Assembly (NCBI GenBank): GCA_002412825.1
Contig: DHVU01000009.1
Coordinates: forward strand, 35,323 to 99,322
From: Spirochaetaceae bacterium UBA5200
GTDB taxonomy: Bacteria; Spirochaetota; Spirochaetia; Treponematales; UBA12059
DNA length: 64,000 bases
Direction: 5' to 3'
The notes under the pieces were generated by a model. That model was not told where the DNA came from. It saw only the letters and a list, made by a program, of their open reading frames with translations, and did no database searches. Every line of letters starts with the position of its first letter. Positions within the stretch are counted from its first letter, which is position 1. A program made the translations under genes and the position numbers. Below, in pieces: positions 9,738 to 17,856 of the stretch.

Positions 9738-10958
9738 CTATTCGTAGCGCAGCGCCTCTATAGGATCGAGACGGGAAGCCCGGAACGCCGGGTAGCCGCC
9801 GAAAAAGAGACCGGTGACCAGAGAAAACATAAAAGCCAGCAGTACCGCGTCGGCGCTTACCGCCACGGCCATGCCGCCGAAGCGGCTAAACGCCCAGGCA
9901 GCGGCCACGCCTGCCGCTATGCCAAGCACGCCGCCGGACACCGACAGTATGACCGCCTCCACCAGGAACTGCAGGAGCACGTCGCCAGGCTTAGCGCCTA
10001 AAGCCATGCGCACGCCTATCTCGCGAGTACGCTCCGTTACCGATACCAGCATGATGTTCATGATGCCTATGCCGCCCACGATGAGGCTTATGGCCGCTAT
10101 GCCTCCCAAGAGCAGGGTAAAGGTGCCCGCGGTACCCTGCGCGGCGCCAAGCACATCCAACTGATTGGCTATATAGAAATCGGCGGCGTCCATAGATGGC
10201 AGGCCGTGCAGGCGGAGCAATTCCGCCTCTATAGCCGATTGCGCCTCGCGCATGATGGCCATATCAGCAGCCTGAACGTTTATAGCCGCGTACTTACTGC
10301 CGCCCGAAAGGCTGCGCAGGAAGGTGCTGATGGGCACGAAGGCCTGGTTGTCCGTGGTATCGTTGCCCTTGCTCTGCATGACGCCTACTACCGTGAAGGG
10401 TTGGCCGTTAACGCGCACACGCTCGCCGATAGGGTCTATATCCGGGCCTATGAGGTCGGCCGCGGCCTTGCTGCCCAGCACGACCACCGCGCGTCGCGTA
10501 TCCACGTCGCTCTCGCTAAAAAACTCCCCATAGACCGGGTAGTAGTTACGCACAAGCGGATAATTATGGTCGGTACCGATAATGGTAATCGATGCGTTCC
10601 GGTTTTCATACTTAGCCTGGGCGTTCAGCGAAGACTCAGGCGCGGCCATAGTTACGTAACCCAGCTCGCGTATGGCCTCCAAGTCATTTTCGCTTAAGGT
10701 GGGCACTATGTTGCTCGTGTTCCGGCGCACGAGGGCGGTGCCGCGGGGCTGGCCCGAATATACTATAAGCAGATTCGCGCCGAGTGATTGCAGGCTTTCC
10801 TCTACGGCCTTGGACGCGCCGTTGCCAAGGGCGGTAAGGGCGATAAGCGAACCCGCGCCTATGAGCACGCCAAGCGTGGTAAGGAGCGAACGGCCTAGAT
10901 TAGAGCGTATGCTGCGCAGGGCCATGCCCGCGCTCTCTTTGATGGCGAATAGTTTCAT
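9738..10958 (-). CDS. ABC transporter permease, MacB/FtsX family
   Basis: MacB_PCD-type periplasmic domain between TM1 and TM2. C-terminal FtsX region with the TERTREIGVRMALGA motif. Confidence 0.9.
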   Translation of the reverse strand: MKLFAIKESAGMALRSIRSNLGRSLLTTLGVLIGAGSLIALTALGNGASKAVEESLQSLGANLLIVYSGQPRGTALVRRNTSNIVPTLSENDLEAIRELGYVTMAAPESSLNAQAKYENRNASITIIGTDHNYPLVRNYYPVYGEFFSESDVDTRRAVVVLGSKAAADLIGPDIDPIGERVRVNGQPFTVVGVMQSKGNDTTDNQAFVPISTFLRSLSGGSKYAAINVQAADMAIMREAQSAIEAELLRLHGLPSMDAADFYIANQLDVLGAAQGTAGTFTLLLGGIAAISLIVGGIGIMNIMLVSVTERTREIGVRMALGAKPGDVLLQFLVEAVILSVSGGVLGIAAGVAAAWAFSRFGGMAVAVSADAVLLAFMFSLVTGLFFGGYPAFRASRLDPIEALRYE

Positions 10959-11653
10959 GCCGCATCCTCCGCGGGGCCGTCCGACACCACCAGGCCGTCA
11001 AGCACGCGCACGACGCGCCTGGCCTGGCGGGCAATGTTCATATCATGGGTTACGAGCACGATAGTCGAGCCTTCCGCGTTGAGGGTATGGAACATTTCGA
11101 TAATCTCGACGCCGGTCTTCTGGTCCAAGGCGCCCGTGGGCTCGTCGGCCAGGAGCACCGAGGGGCGGCTCGCCAAAGCGCGCGCTATGGCTACGCGCTG
11201 GCGCTGCCCACCGGAGAGTTCCGCGGGCAGGTGCTTTTCCCTCCCGTCCAGCCCTACCTTGGCAAGCATCTCCATAGCCTGTTCACGCCGTTGCCTGGCG
11301 GCTATGCCGGCGTACACAAGGGGCAGTTCTACATTCTCAAGCGCGCTTAAGCGCGGCAGGAGGTTGAAGCTCTGAAAGACAAAGCCTATCTCTCTATTCC
11401 GTATTTCCGCCAGGCGGCCCCGGGACAAGCCCTGCACGGTCTCCCCGTTTATGTGGTAACTGCCCTCCGTAGGCGTATCGAGGCAGCCTATGATGTTCAT
11501 CAGGCTGGATTTGCCCGAGCCTGAAGGGCCAATGATGGATACAAATTCACCGGTGACTATGCTGAGCGTCACTCCGTCCACCGCGCGCACGGTAGTAGGC
11601 CCCATGATGTAATGGCGCTTGATATCGCGCAGGTCTATTACGGGCTGGTCCAT
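10955..11653 (-). CDS. ABC transporter ATP-binding protein (MacB/LolD type)
   Basis: Walker A GPSGSGKSS, signature LSGGQRQRVAIARAL, Walker B LLADEPTGALD. Confidence 0.95.
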   Translation of the reverse strand: MDQPVIDLRDIKRHYIMGPTTVRAVDGVTLSIVTGEFVSIIGPSGSGKSSLMNIIGCLDTPTEGSYHINGETVQGLSRGRLAEIRNREIGFVFQSFNLLPRLSALENVELPLVYAGIAARQRREQAMEMLAKVGLDGREKHLPAELSGGQRQRVAIARALASRPSVLLADEPTGALDQKTGVEIIEMFHTLNAEGSTIVLVTHDMNIARQARRVVRVLDGLVVSDGPAEDAA

Positions 11654-11654
11654 A

Positions 11655-12848
11655 TTATTTACCGCCTCCGCCGCTACCCGGCACGCTAATCGGTATGATG
11701 GAGTTGCCGCTTGATGCGGTGCTTGACGCGGTGGCCGCCGGAACCGGCGCGCCCGGCATGATCACTAAGTCACCGGGTTCAAGGCCCTCGGTAACGATAA
11801 CGTTCCTACCGGCGCTGCTGCCTATCTCTATGCGCCGGGTTTCCGGCTCGCCGCCCTCTACGGAGGGGATATCCACATAGGAACGCCCGCGCACCGTAGT
11901 CACGGCTTTAAGGGGTATAATCACGCCTTTTTCGTTGCTTACCATAAAGGTAAGGTCGGCGCTCATGCCGGGCCGCAGGCGACCGTCCGCATTGTCTACG
12001 AATACGCTGACTTTGAACACGGAGATGCTGTTCACGATATCGGCTATGGGGCTGATGCCCGTTATCTTAGACTTGAAGGACTCATCCTTGAGCGCGGGTA
12101 TGCGTACGGTAGCCTGAAGGCCCTCACGCAACTTGCCTATATCGTATTCGTCCACCTCGGCGCGGAACTGCAGGCGAGAAAGATCCACGACGGTAGTCAG
12201 TTGGCTGTTGGCAGGCGCGTAGTCGCCGGGGCCAAAGGCGGGCTTGGATACGACGCCGGCAAAAGGCGCCCGGAGCGTAGCCTCGGCTAGGTCGCGCCTG
12301 GCCTGCTCCAGGGAAAGCGCGGCCTGTTCCACGGACAGCTCGCCTGAACGGCGCGCGAAGCTAGCGCCGGCCAGCGCGTCGCCGGCTAGATCCACCTGTT
12401 CCTGTGTAGCCGCCTTGGACGCGAAGAGCGCCCGGCGGGACTCCAGGTCCGTTCCGGCCTTGGCCTCGGCCGCCTTTAAGCGCTCAAGGCTTACCTGCGC
12501 CTGCTTAAGCGCGAGCTCAGCCTGCGCAAGGGATTTACGCAGTTCGGTATCGTCCATGACGACCACGACATCGCCTTGGGCAACCCTAGAACCCTCGGAG
12601 AGTGCGAAGCGAACCAAGCCCGCCTGCCTATTCCTCAGCGCCACCTGGGCGGCGGCCTCGGCCACGGACGCCGCATCCACGGATATGCTGATCGTGCCGT
12701 TTACCGCTTCCGCGCTTAAAGGGGCGGCCGCTACGGCGCTTTTCGCGGCCGGCTTTGAAAACCCCATGATAGCGGCGAGCAGTACCGCGAGGCTTATGCC
12801 GCCCAGGATAAATAGTTTATAGGTCTTCTTTTTGGTCGTGGCGTTCAT
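11655..12848 (-). CDS. Efflux periplasmic adaptor (HlyD/MacA family membrane fusion protein)
   Basis: N-terminal TM, coiled-coil hairpin region, beta-barrel segment (LREGLQATVRIPAL...). Located between the TolC-like gene and the ABC genes. Confidence 0.85.
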   Translation of the reverse strand: MNATTKKKTYKLFILGGISLAVLLAAIMGFSKPAAKSAVAAAPLSAEAVNGTISISVDAASVAEAAAQVALRNRQAGLVRFALSEGSRVAQGDVVVVMDDTELRKSLAQAELALKQAQVSLERLKAAEAKAGTDLESRRALFASKAATQEQVDLAGDALAGASFARRSGELSVEQAALSLEQARRDLAEATLRAPFAGVVSKPAFGPGDYAPANSQLTTVVDLSRLQFRAEVDEYDIGKLREGLQATVRIPALKDESFKSKITGISPIADIVNSISVFKVSVFVDNADGRLRPGMSADLTFMVSNEKGVIIPLKAVTTVRGRSYVDIPSVEGGEPETRRIEIGSSAGRNVIVTEGLEPGDLVIMPGAPVPAATASSTASSGNSIIPISVPGSGGGGK

Positions 12849-14176
12849 TTGCCTTCCTCCGTAGTGTTTAAGGGGTAACGCGCGATAAGTGCGGTATTCA
12901 TGCGCGCGCGCTCGGCGTCCAGGGCCTTGATTTTGGCGTTAAGCGCGGCGCGTTGCGCATCCAGCGTTGCCCTGTCAAGGTCTAGGGCTATGACGCTGCC
13001 TTGTGCCGCTCGGGCTCGTACTATGGCTGCCACTTCATCCGCGAGCGTCGCGTTGCGTACTGCCTGCTCCCGCTGAGCCTCGGCGCGCTGCCAGGACTGA
13101 TAGGCTAAGCGCAGGTCCAGGCTTAACTTGTCCATGGCAGTCTCAAGCCGTATACGATCAGCCTCCGCCGCCAGCCGCAGCGAATCCGCAAGCCTGCGCT
13201 CAACGCCTCCCGTATCAAGGCTTATGCCGAGCGTAGCGCTTAAGGCCCAGGGGCTTTCTGGGGCTTGCCCAGTGAACTGCGCCACGGGCAATTCGTAACT
13301 TAGGCTCAGCGAAGGCTTGGCGCTGTCGTAGCTCAGGGCTGCGTTATGGCCGTCCTTTGCCAGGGCTAGCTTAAAACTGAAGGGAAGTTCAAAGCTTAAG
13401 GCCTGCTCAAGCTGGCTCTGGCTGAGTTGCAGCCGCAGCATGGCGTCGCGCAAGGCAGGGTCGCTTATGAGCGCGTGAGCGGCCAGCTCGGGAGCCTTGG
13501 GCAAGGTGCCTGGGGACATAGCTGCATAGGAAAATGCCTGGCCATCGTCGCTAAGGTCGAGCCAGCCGAATAACTCAAGACGCGTAATGCGCCTGTTCAT
13601 ATCGGCGGAAAGCGCGGCGTCGCGGGCGGCGACGAGGTTCTCCTCCGCTTTACGGTAATCGGCAAAGGCCAAGGTGCCCGCGCTGAAGCGCGCTTGGGCG
13701 CTGGCGAACTCGCGCTCCGCCATATCGCGCTCCAGGCCGGAAAGCGCCGCGTTCTCCTGGGCCGACCAGGCGGCCGCATAGAGCGTATACGCCTTGAGCC
13801 GAGCCAGGGCCTGTGACCAGGGTAGGAGCTGCAGGCTGTAGCGGGCTTGCGCTTCGGCGTATACGGCCTTTGTAGCGGCGTCGGGCGAAAGCGCCAGGGG
13901 TATGCTCAGCGTAGCGCTAAGCGTGAGCGCATCGCTCTTGGGCGGAGCAAAAAGCTCATCGCTCGTACGCTTGTAGGCACTATTCAGCGTAAGGCTCAGG
14001 TCGCCCGCATAGCGCGCGGCTTCATACTGCGCGGCGGCGTATTCGGCTTGCAAGCTTGCGAGTTTGGCGTCGCCGGCGCTTAAGGATAGGGCTAAGGCCA
14101 TATCCATATCCAAGGCGGCTACGCGTGAAAACGCTGAGGATAATATTATAACAGCCATATATTTTATTTTCAGCAT
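12845..14176 (-). CDS. TolC-family outer-membrane efflux protein
   Basis: Signal peptide, then two repeated halves rich in A/L/Q/R coiled segments, typical of OEP/TolC. First gene of a 5-gene operon with overlapping stops and starts. AAGGAG RBS. Confidence 0.8.
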   Translation of the reverse strand: MLKIKYMAVIILSSAFSRVAALDMDMALALSLSAGDAKLASLQAEYAAAQYEAARYAGDLSLTLNSAYKRTSDELFAPPKSDALTLSATLSIPLALSPDAATKAVYAEAQARYSLQLLPWSQALARLKAYTLYAAAWSAQENAALSGLERDMAEREFASAQARFSAGTLAFADYRKAEENLVAARDAALSADMNRRITRLELFGWLDLSDDGQAFSYAAMSPGTLPKAPELAAHALISDPALRDAMLRLQLSQSQLEQALSFELPFSFKLALAKDGHNAALSYDSAKPSLSLSYELPVAQFTGQAPESPWALSATLGISLDTGGVERRLADSLRLAAEADRIRLETAMDKLSLDLRLAYQSWQRAEAQREQAVRNATLADEVAAIVRARAAQGSVIALDLDRATLDAQRAALNAKIKALDAERARMNTALIARYPLNTTEEGK

Positions 14177-14420
14177 ATAAACTCCTTATAAGTAATATAG
14201 CAAAATACATGCCAATATTCATTAAAAGTAAAAATAATCGAAATTTTCCAGTATTTCATTTTTGTATAGATACTTAGCAAGCAGTACAGCTTAAATTTTT
14301 TAATAGACGAGTAGATACCTCAAGTGCAATCTTTGCACATCTTCGCAAAGCGTGTGTAATATATTCTCATTCAATAGCCCATGGCATTACAAGAGCTGCC
14401 GTAATAATAAATTAAATAAG

Positions 14421-14453
14421 TAAAAAAATAAAAACGCCCCCATAGCGGGGGCG
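14421..14453 (-). terminator. Rho-independent terminator of the 14499..14933 gene
   Basis: CGCCCCC-atagc-GGGGGCG hairpin (14435-14453) followed on the minus strand by TTTTATTTTTTT. Confidence 0.7.
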
Positions 14454-14498
14454 CCAGCGCCGCGAAGCCGCGGCGTTTACGAAAGTGCGCTGTGCGTG

Positions 14499-14933
14499 TT
14501 AGCGGCCGCCGCGGCCGCCCCTCATGGATCCGCGTCCGGCGGTACCGGCGTTGGGAGCGCCCATCATGCCGCCGCGATTGGCGTACTGGCTCAGGTCATA
14601 GTCCTTGCCGCCCACGGTCAGCTTGGTAGCCTGGTAGAAGAAGCTGTTCGAGGCCAGGGGCACCGCGCTGGCATAGCCTTCGAGCTTAACGGCCGCGCCT
14701 TCTTTAAGGCTGTCAAGGAAGCCGTAGAGCATGCCCGGTATGCGCACGAAATAGGTCTTGCCGCCGGTAACTACCGCGGGGTGGCCTTCAACCAGGCTCA
14801 GCTTGCCGTCGATCTTCACGATTTCCTGCACGGCCTGCACGGTGGCGGGGGCGGCCCTCATGCCGAAGCCCTGGGCGGATACCGCAGCCACGCCGATTAG
14901 GGCGATGATCAGAACGATTGCTATACGTTTCAT
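14499..14933 (-). CDS. Small secreted protein of unknown family with Gly/Arg-rich C-terminal tail
   Basis: ATG 14933 with AAGGAG RBS. Signal peptide MKRIAIVLIIALIGVAAVSAQ. Tail RGGMMGAPNAGTAGRGSMRGGRGGR. Own sigma-54 promoter and own terminator. Confidence 0.7.
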   Translation of the reverse strand: MKRIAIVLIIALIGVAAVSAQGFGMRAAPATVQAVQEIVKIDGKLSLVEGHPAVVTGGKTYFVRIPGMLYGFLDSLKEGAAVKLEGYASAVPLASNSFFYQATKLTVGGKDYDLSQYANRGGMMGAPNAGTAGRGSMRGGRGGR

Positions 14934-15005
14934 AGTGAACTCCTTAGGGTTCCTAGTGTCGCAAGCCCAAAAGCCCGCGTCCGATGTACTCGGCATATAC
15001 ACTAA

Positions 15006-15021
15006 TGCAACAATCGTGCCA
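15006..15021 (-). promoter_or_regulatory. Sigma-54 (-24/-12) promoter
   Basis: The minus strand reads TTGGCACGATTGTTGCAT, i.e. TGGCACG-N4-TTGCA, matching the consensus TGGCACG-N4-TTGCW. About 70 nt upstream of ATG 14933. Confidence 0.7.
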
Positions 15022-15195
15022 AAAACCCTAACAATCCATTCAATACGAGTCTATATTGTGTTAAGTTGTTATGCCAATTAGAGATGTATCGTCAATAATT
15101 ATTATTATGCACTACGGGGAGCGCCCTGCTTAGCATGGCGCTCCAGCGCTTTACATATACGGTACGGGCAATAATTTCACGCCGGGCAAATTATT

Positions 15196-15205
15196 CCCCC
15201 CCCCC
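15196..15205. repeat. C10/G10 homopolymer tract
   Basis: Ten consecutive C on the + strand, just downstream of the kinase stop (15219) and upstream of the sigma-54 promoter. Confidence 0.9.
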
Positions 15206-15218
15206 TGATGCGCAGATA

Positions 15219-16613
15219 CTAAGGCGCGGGAAATTCGAGCACGAAGCGCGCGCCGCCTGATTCGGAGGATTGCGCTTCTATGCTACCGCCCATGGCCTCC
15301 ATAAATGCCTTGCAGAGCGCAAGGCCCATACCGGTACCCTGCTCGCCATTAGTGCCGAGCGTCAGTATCGTGCGGCCCGGCAGGAACATGCGGTCTATCT
15401 GCTCGGGGCGGAGGCCCACGCCGTCGTCCTCTACCATGGCCTGCGCGCGGCCATCCGGCAGGCAGCGCAGGCTTACGCCTATGCTGCCGCCCGGCTTTGA
15501 GTACTTTACCGCGTTAGACAGCAGGTTCCTGAACACCGTCAGGGCCGCGCGAGAATCGGCGGCGGCATAGGCCTCGTCTACCGGCATGCGTATGAGTATG
15601 CCCTTATCCTCCGCCGACGAGGCCACGTCGGAAGCCGCCTCCGCCACTACCTTTGCCAGGGCCAGCGGTTCCGGCTTCAGCTCAAGCTTGCCCGATTCGC
15701 TCCGGGCCCATTCCACCAGGTTTTCCAGTAGCAGAGCGGCGCGGTCCAGGCCCTCGGCCAAGGTGGCTATGTTTTCCCGCTTGGCGTTCAGGTCTCCTTC
15801 GTACTCTAGAAGCTGGTTTCGCGTGTAGCGGGCAGCGCTGCTTATCGGGGCGCGCAAGTCATGGCCGAGCACGGAAATGAGCGCGTCCTTCATGGACACC
15901 AGCCTTAAGAGCCGCCGGTTGCGCTCCCTGAGCGCATCGCCTATTTCATGCAACTCTTCCTCGCTGCGCACCGCGGACATGATAAAATAGCCGAACAGGT
16001 TAAAGAACGCCACGAGTATAGCCATCAGGTAGGAAAACGCGCTCATCCTGCCTTCTGCATAGATCGTTATTGGCGGCGAGCCCGCTAAGGTCGTGGCGAC
16101 GCGGAGGCCGGAGCTCAAGGCTATCGCGAAAAAATAGAGCGAGGCTACGATAGAGGCTAGGCGATACCGGTCCGTCTGCTCGCGAAGGATGATATACGCG
16201 TCCCACAGGGACACCAGACAGAGCAGACCCGAAAAAACGATGATGCGCGCGGCAACGCCCGTATCTTCCATGGCGAACCAGGCGACGAGGGCCATAGGTA
16301 AGAGTAAATACATGGCCAGCGGGAAAGGCTTCTGGCTACGGAAGCGCCAGAGCGCGTGGCCTAGGAGCAGGGCGCTGCCAACGAGCGCCACATTCGACAA
16401 GGACAGGAGGCCATAGGGCAGATCAGCCGCTTGAGCAGCCATGCCAATTATGCCGAAGGCCAGCAAGCCCTGTCCCGCCAGCCAATGCTTAGCGCCGGCG
16501 AAGGTCTTGCGCACGAAAAAGAGAACTAAGGAGAACGCGAGGCTCCCCACGTACACAAGGCTCAAGGCTATAAGCAGGGTAAAGATATCGAGGGAATCGA
16601 CGAAGGTTTCCAT
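15219..16613 (-). CDS. Membrane sensor histidine kinase (multi-TM N-terminus, HisKA, HATPase_c); no adjacent response regulator
   Basis: H-box SVLGHDLRAPIS, N-box FRNLLSNAVKYS, G-boxes EDDGVGL and GTGMGLALCK. About 6 predicted TM helices in the first 210 aa. Confidence 0.9.
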   Translation of the reverse strand: METFVDSLDIFTLLIALSLVYVGSLAFSLVLFFVRKTFAGAKHWLAGQGLLAFGIIGMAAQAADLPYGLLSLSNVALVGSALLLGHALWRFRSQKPFPLAMYLLLPMALVAWFAMEDTGVAARIIVFSGLLCLVSLWDAYIILREQTDRYRLASIVASLYFFAIALSSGLRVATTLAGSPPITIYAEGRMSAFSYLMAILVAFFNLFGYFIMSAVRSEEELHEIGDALRERNRRLLRLVSMKDALISVLGHDLRAPISSAARYTRNQLLEYEGDLNAKRENIATLAEGLDRAALLLENLVEWARSESGKLELKPEPLALAKVVAEAASDVASSAEDKGILIRMPVDEAYAAADSRAALTVFRNLLSNAVKYSKPGGSIGVSLRCLPDGRAQAMVEDDGVGLRPEQIDRMFLPGRTILTLGTNGEQGTGMGLALCKAFMEAMGGSIEAQSSESGGARFVLEFPAP

Positions 16614-16649
16614 ACTATTCCTGTAGCATACACAAAGCTCTGCGTTTTA

Positions 16650-17582
16650 TCACTGATCCTCGCCTTCCAGGCAGCCCTCGGTCAGGCCATACTGTTCATC
16701 ATGCTGGCCTTCACCCTTCGGTTCCACATGTACGACAATATCATACACATTATCTATACGATCTTTTATAGCCGTTTCCACCGCCTGGGCGATCTTATGG
16801 GCCGTGCTTACGCTGCTCCTGCCGTCCACTTCTATATCAAGGTCAATATCATAAAGCGAGGCCAGCTTACGTACCCGTACGCGATGGGCGTTACCGGCGC
16901 CGCTTACTGACTTCACCGCGTCGAAAACGGCCCTATAGAGGCCGGTGTCGGCCTTCCCATCCATAATTTCGTCGTTTGCTTCCCTAAATACGCCCAGGGC
17001 CGATTTCATTACCCATAGGCTCACCGCCATGGCAAGGATAATATCCACCAGCGGCTCCTGAAGGGCATGGGCTAGCCCAAGCCCCCCCAAAACGGCTGCC
17101 GACATGATTACGTCATTACGCATATTTTTACCATTGGCTATAAGCATGGTCGACGAGGTCTTCCTGCCTAAGGAAAACTGCGTCCAGGCAAGGAAAAGCT
17201 TGCCCGCTATGGATGCGGCCGTAACCCAGAGAGCCGCCGCGCCGGGCAAGCCCCGCGCGGTCCCCTCGCTTAGATTGTGGATGGATGAAAGGAAGAGCTG
17301 GGCGCCGGCGAAAAAAATCACGAAGGATAGCAGGGTCGTAGCCGTGGTCTCCGCCCGGGCATGACCGTAGGGATGCTCCCGATCGGACGGCTTGGCTATG
17401 ATGGCGGCAGCGGCCAAGGCTACGATCGATATGACGACGTCAGTCGAAGAATCGATGCCATCGCCGAGTACGGCGAGCGATCCCGCAAGGAAGCCTACGA
17501 TTATCTTAGAAGACGCGAGCAGGGCATTGCCGAGCAGGCTAATCAGCGCAGCCCTCTGTATAGTCCGGGTTCTATTGAGCAT
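16650..17582 (-). CDS. Cation diffusion facilitator (CDF) family metal efflux transporter
   Basis: LLGNALLASSKIIVGFLAGSLAVLGDGIDSSTDV and HPYGHARAE motifs, plus a C-terminal cytoplasmic domain. ATG 17582 is preferred over the upstream TTG at 17612. Confidence 0.85.
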   Translation of the reverse strand: MLNRTRTIQRAALISLLGNALLASSKIIVGFLAGSLAVLGDGIDSSTDVVISIVALAAAAIIAKPSDREHPYGHARAETTATTLLSFVIFFAGAQLFLSSIHNLSEGTARGLPGAAALWVTAASIAGKLFLAWTQFSLGRKTSSTMLIANGKNMRNDVIMSAAVLGGLGLAHALQEPLVDIILAMAVSLWVMKSALGVFREANDEIMDGKADTGLYRAVFDAVKSVSGAGNAHRVRVRKLASLYDIDLDIEVDGRSSVSTAHKIAQAVETAIKDRIDNVYDIVVHVEPKGEGQHDEQYGLTEGCLEGEDQ

Positions 17583-17656
17583 CGGACGAGTATAAGCCCC
17601 CCTGCCCGCCAAGGCAATGGAGACGGCTTACAATGCGGAGCAGCTAAGAAAGTTCC

Positions 17657-17685
17657 TTGATAAAGTAGCGCGCTTCGACTAGGAT
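17657..17685 (+). promoter_or_regulatory. Candidate sigma-70 promoter
   Basis: TTGATA-17 bp-TAGGAT, about 37 nt upstream of the small ORF ATG at 17722. Confidence 0.3.
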
Positions 17686-17721
17686 GTAGCCAGGCTCTAG
17701 ATAGAACGGGGAGTATAAAGT

Positions 17722-17856
17722 ATGTCCTTTAAGCTCGATGGCGCAAAATTCCCCACCCTGGATGAGCTTGTCGAGGCGCTCTACCCTATGTATGCCGACA
17801 AGATGTCCGAAGAGGAGTTCCGCAAATACGCGGAGGAGCATGCCGAACAATCCTGA
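17722..17856 (+). CDS. Candidate 44-aa acidic helical small protein (below the ORF-track size cutoff)
   Basis: ATG 17722 is preceded by GGGGAG. Translation: MSFKLDGAKFPTLDELVEALYPMYADKMSEEEFRKYAEEHAEQS. It overlaps the downstream ATG 17840 by 17 nt. The competing frame (ORF start 17738) reads S/R/P/C-rich like off-frame sequence. Confidence 0.4.
   Translation: MSFKLDGAKFPTLDELVEALYPMYADKMSEEEFRKYAEEHAEQS

Noticed and set aside
15117-15143. GGAGCGCC-N11-GGCGCTCC hairpin as terminator of the histidine kinase gene
   Set aside because: The stem is good but no T-tract follows on the minus strand, and it lies about 75 nt past the stop. It could equally be a regulator binding site, so it is not called.
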